Source: Macrostomum lignano
Lineage: Eukaryota
NCBI GenBank assembly: GCA_002269645.1
Contig: NIVC01000845.1
Location: forward strand, 248,001-312,000
Direction of reading: 5' to 3'
Length of the DNA: 64,000 nt
Below, piece by piece: positions 56,488-64,000 of the stretch. How positions within the stretch are numbered: position 1 is the stretch's first letter; every line of letters starts with the position of its first letter. Made by a program: the position numbers and the translations under genes. The notes beneath the pieces are model-generated. The model was given only the letters and a program-made list of their open reading frames with translations, was not told the DNA's origin and ran no database searches.

Positions 56488-57050
56488 TTGGGATTTGAGA
56501 CTTGGGATTTGGGATTTGAGACTTGGGATTTTGGATTTGAGACTTGGGATTTGGGATTTGAGACTTGGGATTTGGGATTTGAGACTTGGGATTTGGGATT
56601 TGAGACTTGGGATTTGGGATTTGAGACTTGGGATTTGGGATTTGAGACTCGGGATTTGGGATTTGAGACTTGGGATTTGGGATTTGAGACTTGGGATTTG
56701 GGATTTGAGACTTGGGATTTGGGATTTGAGACTTGGGATTTGGGATTTGAGACTTGGGATTTGGGATTTGAGATTTGGGATTTGGGATTTGAGAGTGTGG
56801 ATTTGGGATTTGAGAGTGTGGATTTGGAATTTGGGATTTGAGATTATGGATGTGGGATTTGAGATTATGAATTTGGGATTTGAGATTACGGATTTGGGAT
56901 TTAAGAGTGTGGGTTTGGGATTTAGGATTATGGATTTGGAAGTTGAGATATGGATGTGGGATTTGGTATTTTGGATTTGGGATTGTGGATTTGGGATTTG
57001 GAAATTAGAACTTGGGATTTCTAATTTGAGATTTGGCATCGGGGATTTGA
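56488..57050. repeat. 21-bp (gggatttgagacttgggattt)n array decaying into heptamer sequence, downstream of the UNC-5 stop
   Basis: Direct. Confidence 0.94.
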
Positions 57051-57358
57051 GATTGGTGAATTTTAGTTGATTATATTAGGCATTTGACGGGTAGCTTCAA
57101 AGCCCTGTTGTGTTTTCAATAAGATGTCTCAAAATCGATGCAAATCTAAAAAAAGAGATTTGAATTAGCACTGTGGTGTTAGTCGGTCATTCAGCTGAAC
57201 AGCAAACTTATTCCTCTTTGTTGCTTTTATATTCGTGTAAAACTTTATAAATCCTTAATCATCAAAACTGTACATAATATTTGTCCATAATCACCCAAGG
57301 GTCGCGTCTCTTCTTGCCACAGGCCCGCTGTAAGCTCGCGCGCAAAGTTGATCGCTTT

Positions 57359-58003
57359 CACAGATACTAAAATAACTAGATGGACCACTCATGCATATTT
57401 CTTAGTAAAAGTATTACTTAGTATTACTTAGTAAAACAGCTTTCTAATTTCAGTTCAGTAGCAAAGAAGAATACATAAGCTTTTTTATAAAAATAAAGCC
57501 AGCTGAAAGGACTTTGATAAGTTTACGAGTAGGAGCCCAAGCTTGTAGGCGTAAACAGCTTGCTAATTGGTTCAGCAGTAATGTACATTAGCCAGTCCAC
57601 TGAAATGTACATAGCGGCTTTAGGCTGGAAGTCCGAGACAGGCAATAAAAATTGGGCAGAGCGGGCGGGGTGGGTGTCTTTGATAAGTTTAGAAGCCCAA
57701 GCTTGTAGGCGTAAACAACTTGCTAATTGGTTCAGCAGTAATGTACAGTAGCCAGTCCACTGAAATGTACATGGCAGCTTTTGGCTGGAAGTCCGAGAAA
57801 GGCAATAAAAATTGGGGCCGGGTGGGCGGGGGGCAGTGTGAAAAGGCGCAGTTGGATGATATTTAAGCTGGGGGGGGGGGTAAGAGCCAATAAATTGAGC
57901 CATTTAAAAGTAAAATAAAATGTTTGTTTAGCTCACTACTGAACTGAAAGTAGCTTACACGCAAATGAGCTGAGTGGCCCATCTAGTTATTCTAGGATCT
58001 GTG
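57359..58003. mobile_element. hAT-like MITE, 645 bp, with an internal tandem duplication
   Basis: TIRs cacagatactaaaataactagatggaccactca / tgagtggcccatctagttattctaggatctgtg; perfect 8-bp TSD ATCGCTTT (57351-57358 and 58004-58011). Confidence 0.9.
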
Positions 58004-58539
58004 ATCGCTTTTTATAATTGTCAATTGTTTAGTTCTGCCCCTGTCGCAATGCACACCAGCCCCGACTGCATTGGCACTCATTGGGACTCGGAGCGCTTCG
58101 CACAACACCTCAGTTAACGTTATGAATGACCGGATGCAATGAACTCGTGTTTTTAACTAATATTTTTTCCTATTTGCTTTCTCTCTGATCAGCGTGCCAT
58201 CACACTGCTTGCACAGTTCTGTAAATTTTTTCACCTTAACGGTTTCTTGTTATTTTATACTAACGTTTATTATAAATATACAACAATTCAAGTCGCTTGA
58301 GTATAGAGAAATCTGAACAGAAATAAATCAACGCCATGCATTTTCGTTTCGTTTTCTTGCAAATATCTGGGTTCGTGCACGGAACTGATCGGGGGTAGCA
58401 CGAACCCTGCCAGCGGAGAAAGTTGCGGCAAGAAAAGTACCGGCTCATAATTTCAGCAGCTGTCTAATTTTACAATTATAAATTAATTATAAGAACTAAT
58501 ATAAATCTAATGCGACTAAAAACAAAGGATATAAGGGGT

Positions 58540-59235
58540 ATTTTGTGGCAAAATGATTAAAGGTCATTAAGTAGCTCCCACGGATAGAACAACTAGATGG
58601 GTCACTCCCCACTCAGCACATTTGCGTGTAAGCTACTTTCAGTTCAGTAGTAAGTTAAACAGAAGCATTTTATTGTATTTTTTAAAGCCAAGGCTTAATT
58701 TATTGGCTCTTAGCCCCCAGCTAAAACAATCCAACTGCGCCTTTTCACACTACCCCGGGACGCCCCGCCTCAATTTTTATTGCCTTTCTCGGAATTCCAG
58801 CCAAAAGCTGCCATGTACATTTCAGTGGACTGGCTAATGTACATTATTGCTGAACCAATTAGCAAGTTGTTTACGCCTGCAAGCTTGGGCTTCTAAACTT
58901 ATTAAAGTCCTTTCAGCTGACTTTATTTTTATAAAATAGCTTATGTATTCTTCTTTGCTACTGAACTGGAAGTAGAAAGCAGTTTCGCTAAGTATATATG
59001 CCTGAGTGGCCCATCTACATGTAGTTATTTTAGCATCTGTGGTAGCTCCTGGCTCTCGCGCTGCGACCCCTGGTTCGAATCCGTGAGGCTTGTTTGCATG
59101 AAAAATTGGTCAGGGGGTTTCCCTGAGATTCACACCCATGAGGGCCAACGCCAGGGCGCAGATAGTGTACATGCGACGGTTAGAAAGTCAGGGCGTGTGT
59201 ATGAGCAGGTGTAGTATCAAATCTATCAAATCACT
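58540..59235 (+). mobile_element. tRNA-derived SINE interrupted by the MITE
   Basis: B box GGTTCGAATCC at about 59072; degenerate A box TGGCAAAATGA left of the MITE; ends in a short atcaaatc tail. Confidence 0.5.
58579..59041. mobile_element. Second copy of the same MITE family, 463 bp, in opposite orientation
   Basis: Termini cacggatagaacaactagatggg / ccatct..gtagttattttagcatctgtg; perfect 8-bp TSD GTAGCTCC (58571-58578 and 59042-59049); body is a diverged reverse complement of the 57359 copy. Confidence 0.9.
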
Positions 59236-60776
59236 CGAAATCTATGGTAAATGTTTTGAAGGCAACTTGTCGCCGAAAAATACACTACAGAGATAGGAGG
59301 TTTTAATTTTTTCAGCACAAAAATTGTTATTGCTTTTGATAGGAGGCAGATCCAGTGTTCATCTTTTGATATTTTGTGCCTTTCTTATTTCTCTATCGAT
59401 ATTCATAAAGCTTTTCGGTCCGAAATAGTTTTAAAGGCAGGTTTCACCGGAAAAATACACCACGGAGATAGGAAATTTCACGATTTTCAACACTAAAATA
59501 GTGATTGGGTCTCTTAACAGTGTAAGAGAAAGTCCTAATCACACTATTTTGTGCCTCACATGCTGCTCTAACGACGCATTAATCGATTTTTCATGTTAAA
59601 TTGGTCTGTCACTTAAAAAACGTTTAAAATAATGAAAAGACCTTGTCCTACTTAAGTTGTCCTTGTGCAGTATGTGCTTGCATGTGCTCAGAGTCCGCGA
59701 AATCACCAATAGGTGGGACGATTTCACCAAAGGCGCTGTGACAGTATTCGCAACACTCCTGGAAATGTGTTTAGGCTACGTAAATTTTGCTAATTGATCG
59801 GCAACTTGTGAAGAAACCAACGAGCATGGAAATGCCGTCACTATACTCGTGGCATCAGGAGGGGCGTAGCCAGGACTGCTGACAAACAATCCCGGACCTA
59901 CCGGCAAATAGCGTCGCGGTTCAATATGAGACCATCTCGAAGCCGGGATGAAATAATGTGAAGTCAGAAATTTAGCGAGACAAACGCACAACGACACTGC
60001 AGCCTAAAAAGCCTGCTTTATACCGAAACCATGCATGTACAGTATTGTCAATCGCCCCGACTCCCCTTAAACCCCACCCCGCGCTAGCAAAGTACATTCA
60101 GAGAGGGAGAGAGGGAACTCAATGCAACTCAACCCAGCACCCACCCCCGGCACGCACACAGGCCAAGTTACCACACGCCTCCGCCTTTGGTGGATTTACA
60201 CTTCCATTGTTAGACCGGCCATTTCCTTTGCCGGTTTCATTTAAAACAGTGCCCTAGAGGAGAAAGGGATTCTTGACGATCTCCTAACAGGGCGCAAGGC
60301 CGCCCTTTTCGAGCTATCTTTGAGCGAGACTCAATCTACAACTGGAAACCCCATGAAAATCCACTGCTTCACTAACGGGTCCCAAATCATTTCCACCTCT
60401 GGCTACAAGGCCTAAACCATAATTCACCATAATTAATCAACCTAAACTCTAAGCCTTCTAATCTAATTTGTCGACAGTCAATTAGTCTTAGACCCGTTGC
60501 AGGTTCAATATCCTTTCGCAGATTTCTGTAACAGCTTTAGTAATTTTGCTCAATAAAAACAAAGTATAACGTTTTTAACTCACAGTGCAGGTTCTAAACT
60601 ACAGGTCACTCTTTGGATTAGCAAGTTTTTATTTAGGTGAAGATTGCGTGCTGGATTTCAAGTAAGCATTGTGAATTTCGCTTTAGATTGATTCAACTCA
60701 TCAATGTGTCAATGTGTGTGGGAAAGTAGTGGAATGGGCGACCCTCGCCTCCCAGCAGTGTATATGGACCGGTAGT

Positions 60777-60887
60777 AATAATAATATAATAATAGATTAC
60801 ACCTGTCCAATGGGCAGATGTGCAACCGAACCCCGACCTTCAAGTCGTGAGTCCGGCGCTCTAACCACTAGGCTACAACCCCTCACA
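60777..60887 (-). mobile_element. Short tRNA-derived SINE with a (TTA/TAT)n tail and 11-bp TSD
   Basis: Minus strand: ggggttg-TAGCCTAGTGG-ttagagcgccggactcacga..GGTTCG; direct repeat GGACCGGTAGT at 60766-60776 and 60888-60898. Confidence 0.8.
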
Positions 60888-61181
60888 GGACCGGTAGTGA
60901 AAGTGTTTAAAACGAAAATCGTGCAAATTAATAATATTGCCGTACTCCTGGACAGCGACTTGTGGCTACTAGGTGGTGGCTTTAAAATTTAACTTTAACT
61001 TTAACTTTAAAATTTAAAGCTGGCAATAAAATACATGGTGGCTACTAGCTGAGGACTGAGGCTTAGTTGCTGACAGAAAGGACTTGCTAAAAAATCTCTA
61101 CTGCTGGTACAATATGCGTGTGCTTAGCAAATTAATAACACTTAGTTGCGTCAGCCTGTGAGACAGTTCGCCAGCCGGTGT

Positions 61182-64000
<2,819 letters not shown>

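Noticed and set aside
59270-59600. Diverged tandem duplication of about 175-180 bp
   Set aside because: Probably a subterminal part of an old DNA element; no termini could be identified.

Overview
Eukaryotic (animal) genomic DNA with GT-AG introns, GC-rich exons, polyA/polyQ low-complexity tracts and a very high tandem-repeat load. The style suggests a free-living flatworm such as Macrostomum, but that is inference only. Four spliced protein-coding genes can be rebuilt by hand: OGG1 (minus, 3 exons, 379 aa), Bicaudal-D (minus, 4 firm exons plus an uncertain 3' end), an UNC-5 netrin receptor (plus, 12 exons, about 1053 aa, with a candidate second signal-peptide first exon 12 kb upstream), and the 3' part of a divergent ionotropic glutamate receptor (minus). 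The most striking pattern is that most introns of OGG1, BicD and UNC-5 hold their own tandem array, and removing it often leaves about 40-105 nt, close to the 78-97 nt repeat-free introns of the iGluR. Also present: two hAT-like MITEs with perfect 8-bp TSDs (one apparently nested in a tRNA-derived SINE), a third hAT-type MITE, a 111-bp tRNA-SINE with an 11-bp TSD, a decayed Gypsy integrase remnant, and dispersed minisatellite families. Most long ORFs in the supplied track are repeat artefacts. Coordinates were derived by eye; repeat boundaries are approximate.
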